In this document: piece by piece, positions 52,841 to 63,400 of the stretch
Numbering within the stretch: position 1 is the stretch's first letter
Layout of the letters: the number at the start of each line of letters is the position of its first letter
Source: an uncultured Candidatus Kuenenia sp.
Lineage (GTDB): Bacteria > Planctomycetota > UBA11346
NCBI GenBank assembly: GCA_964654285.1
Contig: CAZZJC010000025.1
Location: 1,046-65,045, forward strand
Reading direction: 5' to 3'
DNA length: 64,000 bases
Program-made: the position numbers and the translations under genes
The notes under the pieces: generated by a model
Databases searched by the model: none
What the model saw: only the letters and a program-made list of their open reading frames with translations
What the model was told of the DNA's origin: nothing

Positions 52841-53871
52841 GGCGTGGCTCCTGCGGCCGGAGGGGCGGGCACCGTCGCGGTCGCGATGGCGCTCGGCCGG
52901 CCGGGGCGGGTCTTCTCGTGCGCGATCACGCGGTAGCGCGCGGTCGCTCCGGCGGTCAGCGATTCGCTGAACTTCTGGTCTTTCGGGCCGACCGAGGCGA
53001 CCTCGCGCCAGGTCGCGCCATCATCGCTGCGCTCGACGACCACCTGGGCCGTCAGCGAGGGATCGTTGGCCCAGGTGACGGTGACCGTGGTGCCGTCGAC
53101 CTTGGCGGCGACCTTCAGCGCCGGAGCGGCCGGGAAGTAGTCGGCCGGCAGCGGCTGGGCCGTCGCGCCGGGCGCGCCGGGGTGTCCGGGTGTCGCGAGC
53201 ACCAGATCGCCGAGCGCCGGCCAGTCCTGCACCGATGAACCCGCCTTTCCGGTCGTGCTGCGCTGGGCCTGATCACGCAAGAATGCGATCCAGGCGTCGA
53301 GCACCGCGGGAGTGGGATGGAAGTCGGCCTGCTCGAGATGGGTTTCGCGCAGATCGCCGCCCAGCGGATGCGGTACCGGCCCGATCGCCTGGTCGTCGAT
53401 CATCACCCCCGGGCCGGTGCCGCACAGCGCCAGGCATTCGACCCGGACGAGGGTGAACAGGCCGTCGGCGCTGGTCGCGCGGGTCGGATCGCCGGCGGTG
53501 ACGCCCAGGGTCTTTTCCAGGTGCGCGATCAGGCTTTCCGATCCCTGGATATGGCAGCACATGGTCTGGCAGACCTGGACGAGGTGCCGCCCGGTCGGCC
53601 ACTGCCGGTACATGGTGTAGAACTCGACCACCGCGAAGGCCTGCACCGCGCCGATTTTGGCCACGCCGGCCGCCCACTCGATGGCGACGCGCGGCACCCA
53701 GCCGAACTCCTGCTGCACGAGCCAGAGGACCTGCAGCAGCACCGCCCGCCGCTGGGGGAAGCGCCGCACCAGTTCATCGATCTGCGCCTGGTACGGGGCC
53801 ATGCGCGAGGCCACCGCCGCGACCGTGAGATCGGCGGGCTGGACGGTGGCGGGATTGAAGGCGTGGCTCAT
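52837..53871 (-). CDS. nuoE: NADH-quinone oxidoreductase subunit E with ~170-aa C-terminal extension (Fn3-like end)
   Basis: 344 aa. NuoE core (VQVCQTMCCHIQGSE...RVECLALCGTGPGVMID). The extra tail ends in a beta-rich module (KVDGTTVTVTWANDPSLTAQVVVERSDDGATWREV...ARYRVIA). Confidence 0.9.
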
Positions 53872-53903
53872 GGATCAGGACCGGCCTTTTAAAAAGAAGC
53901 GGT

Positions 53904-55097
53904 TCATCGGTCCAGCTCCCCGGCGATGATGTTGATCGATCCCAGCGCGGCGGCGACGTCGCTGAGCATGGCACCGCGCATCATCGGGCCGAAGGCGGCC
54001 CACTGGGTGAAGCAGGGCGGACGGACCTTGATGCGGTAGGGGTTGGTGCCGCCGTCGCTGACGATGAGGAAGCCGAGTTCGCCGTTGGCGGCCTCAAGCG
54101 AGTCATAGCACTCGCCGGCAGGCGGGCGCACGCCTTCGTAGACCAGCTTGAAGGAATTGATCAGGGCTTCCATGTCGTGGTAGACCTGGCTGCGGCTGGG
54201 CAGGCTCAGGCGCGCATCGCTGGTGTTGATCCTGCCGGGCTTGAGCTTCGCCAGGGCTTGGCGGCAGATCGAGGCCGATTCCAGCATCTCGATCATCCGC
54301 ACCATGATGCGGTCGTAGGTGTCGCCGGTCTGGCCGATCACGGTGTCGAAGGTGTATTCGTCGTAGCCGTAATAAGGCTCATCCTTGCGCAGGTCGCGGT
54401 CGACGCCGCTGGCGCGCAGGCAGGGGCCGGTCCAGCCCCAGGCGATCGCCTGGTCGGCGGTGACGACGCCGATGTCCTTGGTGCGGTCGATGAAGATGCG
54501 ATTCTTCTCGATCAGGCCGCGCACCTCGGCGACGGCGCCCTCGATACGCGGCAGCACGGCGAGGACATCATCGGCGAAGGCCGGATAGACGTCGCGGTAC
54601 ATGCCGCCGATGCGGGTGACGGTGTTGGTCAGGCGGGCGCCGCAGAGCTTTTCCCAGATCTTGTAGACCTCTTCGCGCACGTTGAAGAAGTACCAGAAGT
54701 TGGTCAGGGCGCCGAGATCGACCAGGTTGGCGCAGACGCAGACCAGATGGTCGATGATGCGCGACAGTTCCAGCAGCACCACGCGCACGCGTACGCAGCG
54801 TTCGGGCACGGTGACGCCGAACATGCGTTCCACCGCCTTGCAGAAGGCGATGTTGTTCATCATCGCCGAGCAGTAGTTCAGGCGGTCGGTGTAGGGCAGC
54901 ACCATCTGGTAGGTGCCCTGTTCGATCATCTTCTCGAAGCCGCGATGCAGGTAGCCCATCTCGCAGGCGGCGGCGACGATGGTCTCGCCATCGAGAGCGC
55001 AGTGGGCGCGCAGGGCGCCGTGGGTGGCGGGGTGGCTCGGGCCGACGTTGAGGGTCATCAGCTCGACGAGTTCGCCAGTCGGGGAGATCGCCTTCAT
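53904..55097 (-). CDS. nuoD: NADH-quinone oxidoreductase subunit D
   Basis: 397 aa. LNVGPSHPATHGALR, GYLHRGFEK and RIKVRPPCF motifs. Confidence 0.95.
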   Translation of the reverse strand: MKAISPTGELVELMTLNVGPSHPATHGALRAHCALDGETIVAAACEMGYLHRGFEKMIEQGTYQMVLPYTDRLNYCSAMMNNIAFCKAVERMFGVTVPERCVRVRVVLLELSRIIDHLVCVCANLVDLGALTNFWYFFNVREEVYKIWEKLCGARLTNTVTRIGGMYRDVYPAFADDVLAVLPRIEGAVAEVRGLIEKNRIFIDRTKDIGVVTADQAIAWGWTGPCLRASGVDRDLRKDEPYYGYDEYTFDTVIGQTGDTYDRIMVRMIEMLESASICRQALAKLKPGRINTSDARLSLPSRSQVYHDMEALINSFKLVYEGVRPPAGECYDSLEAANGELGFLIVSDGGTNPYRIKVRPPCFTQWAAFGPMMRGAMLSDVAAALGSINIIAGELDR

Positions 55098-55762
55098 GGC
55101 TTGGCCTCCGCCTTGGGCACGTCGGCCGGGATGCCGTTGCCGGTCGCGCCGCGATCGATGACCTGCCAGCCCTGGGCCATGAGGACGCCTTCCAGCTGAT
55201 CGATCATGGGATCGTTCACCGAGAGTTTCTGCCGCTTCTGGCAGGGATAGTCCTTGCGCAGCGGATGTCCGACGAATTCGTGGTGGTTGAGCAGGCGCTT
55301 GAGGTTCGGATGGCCGCTGAAGACGATGCCGATCTGGTCCCAGGTCTCGCGTTCGGACCAGTCGGCGATCGGGAAGAGGTCGGACAGGGTGGGCACGACG
55401 GCGTCGTCCTCGTCCAGTTCGACCTTGAGGGCGATGCGATGGCGGAAGACGGTGCTCTTGAACAGGTAGGTCACGGCGAAGCGCGCGCCGCGATGGCCGG
55501 GGTAGGCCAGATAGTCGATGCCGGCGACGTCCAGCAGCTGGTTGAAGCGCAGGGCGGGCTCGTCGCGCAGGTGGCGGACGGCGTCGCGCAGGCGGTCGCG
55601 GCCGATGACCAGGGTCAGGTTCCAGCGGTCGCGCGCATCGCGCTTGGCATTGAATTGCTCGATCAGGATCTTTTCCAGCGCGGCGGCATCCAGACCAGGT
55701 TTGATCGGTTCGCGGTGGACGGCGCCTGGGTCGGCGGCGACGGCGTGGGCATCGGCGCTCAT
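55094..55762 (-). CDS. nuoC: NADH-quinone oxidoreductase subunit C
   Basis: 222 aa. DWSERETWDQIGIVFSGHPNLKRLL and GHPLRKDYP motifs. ATGA overlap with nuoD. Confidence 0.92.
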   Translation of the reverse strand: MSADAHAVAADPGAVHREPIKPGLDAAALEKILIEQFNAKRDARDRWNLTLVIGRDRLRDAVRHLRDEPALRFNQLLDVAGIDYLAYPGHRGARFAVTYLFKSTVFRHRIALKVELDEDDAVVPTLSDLFPIADWSERETWDQIGIVFSGHPNLKRLLNHHEFVGHPLRKDYPCQKRQKLSVNDPMIDQLEGVLMAQGWQVIDRGATGNGIPADVPKAEAKP

Positions 55763-55763
55763 A

Positions 55764-56324
55764 TCAAGCCCCCACCGCGATGCGTTCGCGGCGCGGTTCG
55801 GATCCCAGCGCCTGCGACACGCGCAGCGACTCGCGATCGACCTTCTTCTGCAGCTGGACGATGGCTTCCAGAAATGCCTCGGGGCGCGGCGGGCAGCCGG
55901 CGATGTAGATGTCGACGGGGATGATCTCGTCGATGCCGGGCACGGTGCAGTAGCAGTCGTAGAAGCCGCCCGAGGTGGCGCAGGCGCCGGCCGAGATCAC
56001 CCACTTGGGTTCGCACATCTGGTCGTAGATCTGGCGCAGGATCGGGGCCTGCTTGTAGGTGATGGTGCCGGCGATGATGATCACGTCGGCCTGGCGCGGG
56101 CTGAAGCGCACGAGTTCGGCGCCGAAACGCGACAGGTCGTGCATCGAACTCACGGTGCCCATGAACTCGATGGCGCAGCAGGCGGTGCCGAAGGGGAACG
56201 GCCAGAGGCTGTTGCGGCGGCCCCAGTTGATCAGGGCCTCGGCGGTCGAGGTGACCACGGTGTCGCCGAGCAGGTTCTCGGCGCCCTTCTGGTCGGGTCT
56301 GGCAGGAGTGGGCTTGTAGGTCAT
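55764..56324 (-). CDS. nuoB: NADH-quinone oxidoreductase subunit B
   Basis: 186 aa from ATG 56324. LWPFPFGTACCAIE, GACATSGG and GCPPRPEA motifs. Confidence 0.95.
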   Translation of the reverse strand: MTYKPTPARPDQKGAENLLGDTVVTSTAEALINWGRRNSLWPFPFGTACCAIEFMGTVSSMHDLSRFGAELVRFSPRQADVIIIAGTITYKQAPILRQIYDQMCEPKWVISAGACATSGGFYDCYCTVPGIDEIIPVDIYIAGCPPRPEAFLEAIVQLQKKVDRESLRVSQALGSEPRRERIAVGA

Positions 56325-56325
56325 G

Positions 56326-56802
56326 TCAGCGGTCCCAATCCAGGGCGCCCTTGCGGTACAGGTAGAGATAACCGACTTCGAGCAGGACGAGGAAGACGAG
56401 CAGGATGCCGAGCATGCCCCAGCCTGGGGTGCTGAGGTACTTCCAGGCCCAGGCGTAGAGGAAGGCGACTTCGACATCGAAGGCCAGGAACAGCATGGCG
56501 ATGAGGTAGAACTTCACGCTGAACCGGCCGCCGGCATCGCCGACCACGCTCGGCAGGCCGCTTTCGTAGGGCGTCAGCTTGGCCGGATTGGTGTTGGCGG
56601 TGCGGTTCGCCCAGCGGCTGGCGAGACGGTTGAGGATCAGCAGGGCGAGCGGGATGGCGAGGCCGACCAGCACCAGCATGGTGAGCGGGAAGACCTGGTC
56701 GAAGACGCTGGCGCCGCCCGCGGCAGCGCCAGCCGGGCAGGCGCCGCAATCGACCCCGATCAGGGCCGCAAGCGCGGGAAAAGACAGGACGGCAGCGTGC
56801 AT
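56326..56802 (-). CDS. nuoA: NADH-quinone oxidoreductase subunit A
   Basis: 158 aa. YESGLPSVVGDAGGRFSVKFYLIAMLFLAFDVEVAFLY. The start codon is uncertain, because the N-terminus is longer than usual. Confidence 0.85.
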   Translation of the reverse strand: MHAAVLSFPALAALIGVDCGACPAGAAAGGASVFDQVFPLTMLVLVGLAIPLALLILNRLASRWANRTANTNPAKLTPYESGLPSVVGDAGGRFSVKFYLIAMLFLAFDVEVAFLYAWAWKYLSTPGWGMLGILLVFLVLLEVGYLYLYRKGALDWDR

Positions 56803-57082
56803 GCGGGGGTCTCCGACCTCGGTTTTCCGCGCGTGGAGGGGGGCTTATAGGAGCTACTCCGGTTGGCTCCAGGGGAAACCCGCGCGCTTCGACAACGAGC
56901 ATGCGCGGCACGGCCCCGCCATGCTGCATCCACATTGATCGCGGTCATCCCCTATGGCGTGGCCTGGAAAGGCTCGCAGCGGCGCCGCAACGGTGTCGTT
57001 GGGATCAGCGGACCGTGGAACATTGACCCTCATGGCCGGCGACCTAGGGTGCCGCCTCGTCACCGCCGGCTTCGGAGTCGCC

Positions 57083-57757
57083 ATGGCCAAGATCACCATC
57101 GTCTTTGGGACCCAGCCCCAGGGCGAAGTCAACCTCGACAAGCCTTCGATGAAGGTGGGTCGGGCGATGGATTGCGACATCGTCATCGACAACCTCGGCA
57201 TCTCCCGCCACCACTGCACCATCGTCAAGGAGGGTGAGGGCTTCACCCTGGTCGATGGCGGGTCGAACAACGGCACCTACGTCGGCGGGCAGAAGATCGA
57301 TCGCCATCCGCTGAAGAACGGCGATCGCATCGTCCTCGGCAAGCATCATCTGGTGTTCGATGCCATCGGCTACGCCTCGACCAGCGCCAGCCAGGGCAAG
57401 AAGGCCCAGGCGATGGGTGGCGAGATGACCATGTTCGTCGACCAGGCTGCGCTCGCCAAGGCGATGGCCGAAGGCGGCGGCCGTCTGTCGCTGGTGCTCG
57501 TCCAGGGCGGGCGCGAAGTACCGGTACAGCTCCTCAAGGACGAGACCACCATCGGCGCCGCTGCCGACATCCCGGTCAAGGGCTTCCTGGTCAAACCGGT
57601 GCAGGCCAAGGTGATCCGCGCCAATGCGGCGTACCGTCTGGTGTCCTGCGGCGGTTGGCGTGCGGTGCGGCTGAACGGCGCCAAGATCGCCGGCGAGGCC
57701 GCGCTGAAGTCCGGGGACCGGATCGAGATCGCCGGCACCACGATCACCGTGCGATGA
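57083..57757 (+). CDS. Tandem FHA-domain protein
   Basis: 224 aa from ATG 57083 (GGAG upstream). First FHA (MKVGRAMDCDIVIDNLGISRHHCTIV...NNGTYVGGQKI). A second FHA-like module lies at the C-terminus (TTIGAAADIPV...LNGAKI...GDRIEIAGTTITV). Confidence 0.8.
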   Translation: MAKITIVFGTQPQGEVNLDKPSMKVGRAMDCDIVIDNLGISRHHCTIVKEGEGFTLVDGGSNNGTYVGGQKIDRHPLKNGDRIVLGKHHLVFDAIGYASTSASQGKKAQAMGGEMTMFVDQAALAKAMAEGGGRLSLVLVQGGREVPVQLLKDETTIGAAADIPVKGFLVKPVQAKVIRANAAYRLVSCGGWRAVRLNGAKIAGEAALKSGDRIEIAGTTITVR

Positions 57758-58212
57758 AGCCGTCACCGGCCTTGGCCTTGCGCCTGCTGGGTGGTCTAGG
57801 CGCAATCCTGAGCTTTCTCCTGGCTGGTTGCGGTGGACCCGAGCGTTCGGTCGCGCCGCAGCCGATTGCGCCGCCGGCTTTCGCGGCGGAACGCTTCCCC
57901 GACATCCCCATCCCGCCCGGATTCATGCCCGCCCTGGGCGAGGACCAGCTCGCGGTCTCGCTCGGCGGCGGCCAGGTGCGCGCCTTCTCGGCCAGCCTGG
58001 AAAGCCGGCCCGGGACGCAGCCTGATCCGGTGCGCGTCCTGGCTGACCTCCAGCGCGATCTCGAAGCAGCCGGCTGGACGCGCGCCCCGGAAGGTCTGTG
58101 GCGCAAGGGCGGCGAGATCCTGACGATCGACGCTAGACGCAGCGGCGACGCGACCATGCTGCGCATCCTTCTGCGGCCGGCCTCCGCCGCGCCCGCCCCT
58201 GTCCGCCCCTGA
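57754..58212 (+). CDS. Lipoprotein, unknown function
   Basis: 152 aa from ATG 57754 (ATGA overlap with the FHA gene stop). Lipobox LLAGC. Confidence 0.65.
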   Translation: MKPSPALALRLLGGLGAILSFLLAGCGGPERSVAPQPIAPPAFAAERFPDIPIPPGFMPALGEDQLAVSLGGGQVRAFSASLESRPGTQPDPVRVLADLQRDLEAAGWTRAPEGLWRKGGEILTIDARRSGDATMLRILLRPASAAPAPVRP

Positions 58213-58256
58213 GCCGGCCCTGCGCCGGCGCACCTTGCCCACTGGAAACGTCTGCC

Positions 58257-59228
58257 ATGGCCGACCCCGTCAACGACGCCCCGATGACCAGCTATTCCGA
58301 TCCGTTCTACGATCGGATCGACGCGATCTACCAGAGCGTCAAGGCGCGCTGGCCGATCTTCCTGTTCGTCCTCATCCTGGTCGTGGTGATCACGGTGATC
58401 GTCGGCGCGCGCCTGGCGCACCGGCCGGACGCGGCCGGCGCCCACGATTACCACTCGGCACGCCAGGAACCCGACAAGGACAAGCGTCGTGCCGCCCTGG
58501 AGAAGATCGCCACCACCAGCGAATCGCAGGCGTTCCGCGTCATCGCCCTGAACGACCTGGTGCAGGAGGATCTCCAGCGCGACGATCTCGCCGCCGCCCG
58601 CAAGCATGCCGATCAGGCGGTGGAACTCGCCAAGCAGGGTGAGGATCTCAATCTCAAGCTGACCACCCTCAACAGCCTGGGTGCCGTGCAGTTCCAGGCC
58701 GGGGAGTTCGACCAGTCCGCCGCCACCTTCAAGGGCGTGGTCACCCGCGCCGGCTCGCAGCCGAAATTCGCGGCCGAAAAGCTGCATGCGCAGCTCGGTC
58801 AGGCCCAGGCCCTGGTGCGCGCCGGCAAGGTCGAGGATGCCCTTGCCGTGCTCGATCCGCTGCTCAACAAGAGCAGCGCCGGCGCCGAGGAGCTGCTCAA
58901 CCAGGCGCGTGCGTACTACTGGCGGCTCAAGCGCGAACAGGCGGAGGCCAAGCTGCCCAAGCCCAGTCCAGCCCCCAGCGCGGTCAAGCCGGTGGAGCCG
59001 GTCAAGCCGGCCGAACCCGCGAAACCGGTCGAGCCTGTGCAGGCGGCTGAACCGGTGAAACCTGCTGAGCCGGCGAAGTCCGCAGAAACACCGAAACCGG
59101 TGCCGCCGGCGGAAGCGGTCAAGGTTTCCGCCCCGGCGCAGCCAGCCGCTCCAACTCCCGCCGTTCCGGCACCCGCCGCCGATCCGGCGAAGGATGGCGC
59201 TTCCGGCAAGAATCCGATCGGTCGATGA
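58257..59228 (+). CDS. Membrane-anchored TPR-like protein with Pro/Val/Lys/Ala/Glu-rich tail
   Basis: 323 aa. TM helix IFLFVLILVVVITVIVGA. Helical repeat region. The C-terminus has PVKPAEPAK-type tandem repeats. Confidence 0.7.
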   Translation: MADPVNDAPMTSYSDPFYDRIDAIYQSVKARWPIFLFVLILVVVITVIVGARLAHRPDAAGAHDYHSARQEPDKDKRRAALEKIATTSESQAFRVIALNDLVQEDLQRDDLAAARKHADQAVELAKQGEDLNLKLTTLNSLGAVQFQAGEFDQSAATFKGVVTRAGSQPKFAAEKLHAQLGQAQALVRAGKVEDALAVLDPLLNKSSAGAEELLNQARAYYWRLKREQAEAKLPKPSPAPSAVKPVEPVKPAEPAKPVEPVQAAEPVKPAEPAKSAETPKPVPPAEAVKVSAPAQPAAPTPAVPAPAADPAKDGASGKNPIGR

Positions 59229-59339
59229 GCTGACCGGTCTGGGCCATTCCGCCAGCGGCCATCCGCTGCACGGCTTCCGGTTCCCGGCTGATGCACGCCG
59301 ACGGGTTGACGGTGGCGTTGTGTCACCGGTTCGGCGGGT

Positions 59340-59864
59340 ATGTTTCCCAGCATGGACCTCACCCGCCTCATCCGCGACGTGCCCGACTTCCCCAAGCCGG
59401 GCATCACCTTCAAGGACATCACCCCGCTGCTGGGTGACGCCGCCGCGTTCGAGACCGCCATCGCGGCGATGGCGATGCCCTGGCGCGGAAAGGGAATCAC
59501 CAAGGTGATCGGGGTCGAATCGCGCGGGTTCATCCTCGCCCCGCCGATCGCCATGCGCCTCGGTGCCGGCTTCGTGCCGGTGCGCAAGCCCGGCAAGCTG
59601 CCGTGGAAGGCGCTGCGCGAGGAATACGCGCTGGAATACGGCAAGGACGCGGTCGAGATCCACCAGGATGCGGTCGGCCCGGCCGACAAGGTGCTGGTGG
59701 TCGACGACGTGCTCGCCACCGGCGGCACCCTGAAGGCGACCATCAACCTGGCCCGGCGCTGCGGCGCCAATGTGGTCGGGGCGGCGGTCCTGATCGAACT
59801 CGCCTTCCTCGCCGGGGCGGGGCGCCTGAACTGCCATTTCTCCACCGTCTTGCGCTATCCCTGA
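59340..59864 (+). CDS. apt: Adenine phosphoribosyltransferase
   Basis: 174 aa. [21 protein letters not shown] and [13 protein letters not shown] motifs. An alternative ATG lies at 59352. Confidence 0.93.
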   Translation: MFPSMDLTRLIRDVPDFPKPGITFKDITPLLGDAAAFETAIAAMAMPWRGKGITKVIGVESRGFILAPPIAMRLGAGFVPVRKPGKLPWKALREEYALEYGKDAVEIHQDAVGPADKVLVVDDVLATGGTLKATINLARRCGANVVGAAVLIELAFLAGAGRLNCHFSTVLRYP

Positions 59865-59901
59865 ACGCCGTCCATCCTCACTTCGCCAAGGCGGCTCATC
59901 C

Positions 59902-60366
59902 ATGCGCAACATCCGTGGCACGCTGATCATCTGCGATCAGGTCTACCAGGACCACTCCGGGAAGTTCATCCTCGCCGGCACCTACACCACCTGGCAGACC
60001 CAGGACGAGGAACTGCGCGTGCATGGCATCCACGCCTACCTGCGCCTGCAGGTCGAGCAGCCGGGCAGCTTCGCCTGCCGGATCGCCATGTCCGACCGCA
60101 TGGCCGCGCCGAACCAGCCGCCGATGGTGCGCATGGACACCGTGCTGCAGATCAGCGAACGCCAGATCCCGGTCTTCGAATGCGCGGTGCATCTGCCCGA
60201 TCTCACGCTGCGCGCGCCTACGCCCAAGGCGCAGCGGGCCCCCGGGTCGGCGCATGGCATCCGCACCCTGGTCACCCTGGAGGTGGGCGACGAGGATGTC
60301 GCGAGCTGCCCGCTCGATTTCATCTTCCTCGGGCCAGCGTCACCTGCCCCGGCTGCCGGCGCATGA
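59902..60366 (+). CDS. Hypothetical protein
   Basis: 154-aa ORF with ordinary composition between apt and the kinase gene. No motif recognised. Confidence 0.5.
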   Translation: MRNIRGTLIICDQVYQDHSGKFILAGTYTTWQTQDEELRVHGIHAYLRLQVEQPGSFACRIAMSDRMAAPNQPPMVRMDTVLQISERQIPVFECAVHLPDLTLRAPTPKAQRAPGSAHGIRTLVTLEVGDEDVASCPLDFIFLGPASPAPAAGA

Positions 60367-60414
60367 AGCCGCGACTTTCGCACTTCCGGCGCGATCTTTC
60401 AGTGGGTTGACGCC

Positions 60415-63400
60415 ATGCAGCCGCCAGGATCCAGCATCGCCTTCTGGCTGCTCGCTCCCCAGGGCGCGGTGCGGCTCACGCCGGGTCGCGATCTGGTGAT
60501 CGGCCGGGGCAGCCATGTCGAGGTGCGGATCGATGACCCCTCGGTGTCGCGCGAGCATTGCCGCCTGCGCTGGGATCGAGAACGGATGTGGCTGGCCGAG
60601 GATCTCGCCAGCTCGAACGGCACCATCGTCGCCGGTCAGCGCATCACCGCGGCCTGGCTGCTCGCGGATGGCCAGGACATCGTCATCGGTGGCCGGACGC
60701 TGACCTTCCGCATCCTCCCCGCCGGGGTTCCGCCGCCGATCCTGCCCGGAGCGGATGAGCGCCAGACCCAGGAGGTCGGCACGCAGCACGGCTTTTCCGG
60801 CGTCTGCAAGGATCTGCATGGGCTGGTCCGGGCGCTCGCCCTCGCGGGCCAGAACGGCCGCCTAGTGCTGGCGAACTCCAACACCCATTGCATCTGGTTC
60901 ATCGATGGGGTGCCGCGCGCCGCGCGCTGCGATGGAGAGCTCGGCATGCCGGCGCTGTTCGCCCTGCTGCGCCGGTCGTTCAAGGACTTCACCTTCGCGC
61001 CGGAAGGCGAACCACCTCCCAACGCCCGCATCGACGGCGATGGCGAGACCATCCTCTTCGCGCTCTACGGCGGCGATCTCATCGCGAACGACGAGCTTGC
61101 CCGCGCCGAGGATCTCCAGCGCCGGCTCCTGGGCCGGCTGCCCGAGATCCCGGGCTGGGATCTCGGCGTGGTCTTCCAGGGCATCGGCCGGGTGAGCGGC
61201 GACTTCTACGATGCCGGCCTGCTCGCCGACGGCCGGTTGATGATGGCCATCGGCGATGTCAGCGGCCACGGGGTGCGGGCGGCGATGCTGGTGGGCGGAC
61301 TGCTGAAGGCCCTGCGTCTGATCCGGGCCAGCGAGTCGGATCCGCGCATCGTCCTCACCCGGCTCAATGACGATCTCCATGCCGATGTCCTGCCCGGCAG
61401 CTTCGCGACCTGCTGCGTAGTCGCCCTGGATCCCGGCACCGGCGCCGGCGAGATCATCCTCGCCGGGCACCATCGGGCGCTGGTGCGCTCGGACAGCGGC
61501 ACGGTGGTCCCCGTCGGCACACCCGGACTCGCCCTCGGCGTCATGAGCGGCGAGGAGTTCCGCAGTTCGCTCCAATCGATACCGATCGCGCTCGAACCCG
61601 GCGACCGCCTCGTGCTGTGCACCGATGGGGCCTTCGAGGCGCGCAATGACACCGGCGAGGAGCTCGGCCAGGAGGGTTTCTCCGACCTGGTCAGCTCCTG
61701 CGCTGCGGAACCGGCCGAGGCCTTCGCCAAGGCGCTTGAAAACGGGGTGCGCGCGCGCAATCCCAGGGTCGACGATGATCTGGCGATCCTGGTGGTGCGC
61801 CGGCTGGTACGGCAGGACGAGGACGACTCGGCGATCCGGACGACCGCGGTCGCGCTGCGCCGACGCCTGGGCGCGACCACCGATACCGCGGCGATCGCAC
61901 TCAAGCTGGCGACCGCGACCGGCCAGCCGCCCGAACCGGTCGCGATCCCCGCCGACCTGCCGATCCGCCGGTTCGGCCCGGGCGGGGATCTGGTCCTGGG
62001 CGAGCACCTGGGCGGCGGCGGCGGTGGCGAGGTGCTCGCCGCGATCCAGCGCGGACTCGACCGTCCGGTCGCGGTGAAGCGGCTGGCGCCGCATCGGCGC
62101 TCCGCCGCCGATCTCGCCAAGTTCATCAGCGAGGCGCGGGTCACCGCCCGCCTCGACCACCCCCACATCGTGCCCATCCACGAACTCGCGAGCGACGGCG
62201 AGGGCGGGATGCTCTACGTCATGAAGCGGCTGCGCGGCCGCAACTGGCTGCAGCGGCTGCGCGGTCTGGATCTCGTGGAAAATCTCGAAGTCCTGCTCAA
62301 GGTCTGCGATGCAGTGGCGTTCGCGCATGAACGCGGAATCGTCCATCGCGATCTGAAGCCGGGCAACATCCTGCTCGGCGACCACGGCGAAGTGCTGGTC
62401 ACCGACTGGGGCCTGGCCGCCTGCGTCCGGCCCGGCAGCGATCTCGCCGGGGTGGCTCCGGCCCCGCGCGATGGCGTCGCCGTCGGCAGTCCCGCCTACA
62501 TGGCCCCCGAGCAGGCCAAGGGCGAAGCCGCCGCGATCGGCACCGCCACCGACGTGTACCTGCTCGGCGGCATGCTCTTCGAGATGATCACCGGGCTGAC
62601 GCCGCACCACGGCACCGACCAGCGATCGTGCATCACCGCGGCGGCTGAGAACCGCATCCAGGAGCCGCCGCCCGGTACGGACGGTCCGCTGCTGGCGATC
62701 GCACGGGCGGCGCTCGCCAGCGAACCGTCGGCGCGTCCGCGCGACGCCGCCGCCTTCCGCGCCCGCCTGCGCGAGCACCTGCGCCACCGCGAAAGCCTGA
62801 TCCTGGCCGAACGCGCCCGCCTGCTGCTGTCCGAGGCCGGGGATTATTCCGCCTGCATCCGCGCGATCGCCGCCTACGAGCAATCGGTGGCATTGTGGGA
62901 ACGGAATGCCCAGGCCCGGCTGGGGCTGAGCGCGGCGCGGGTGACATTCGCCGGGATGGCGCTCGCGCGCGGCGACCTGGATCTCGCCGCCGCCCAGGTC
63001 GACCCCGACGACCCATCGCACCAGGCCCTGGCGGGCCGGATCGCCGACGCCCGCAACCGGCGGGTGGCGCAGGAAAAAGCCGAGGATCGGCTGCGGGTGC
63101 TGGAAGAAAACGTCAAGCGCGATTCGAACCGCATCTGGGAGACCGTCTACACCTACGATCCGGCGGCTGGCCTCACCGACTGGGACGTGATCAGCGGGAC
63201 CGCCGTGGCCGGACCGCAGGGGCTGCGGATGGCCGGGGGCGAGCCGCGCATCGTGCTCCTGCGCCGGCCGATCTCCGGCGATCTGCGCCTCGATTTGGTC
63301 GTCTCCCAACCTGGTCCCGTCGTCAACGACATCACCATCCTGTTCGCCGCCAACCGGCCGGCCGGGAGCAATCTGGAAGCCGCCGTGCGGGCCTTGGAGA

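Noticed and set aside
57744-59930. 728-aa minus-strand ORF spanning three plus-strand genes. Similar shadows are 18451-20874, 21055-22632, 22353-24350, 27583-29715, 40560-42512 and 44271-46292.
   Set aside because: All cross gene boundaries of well-supported genes on the other strand and have Arg/Gly/Pro/Ala-rich, motif-free translations.
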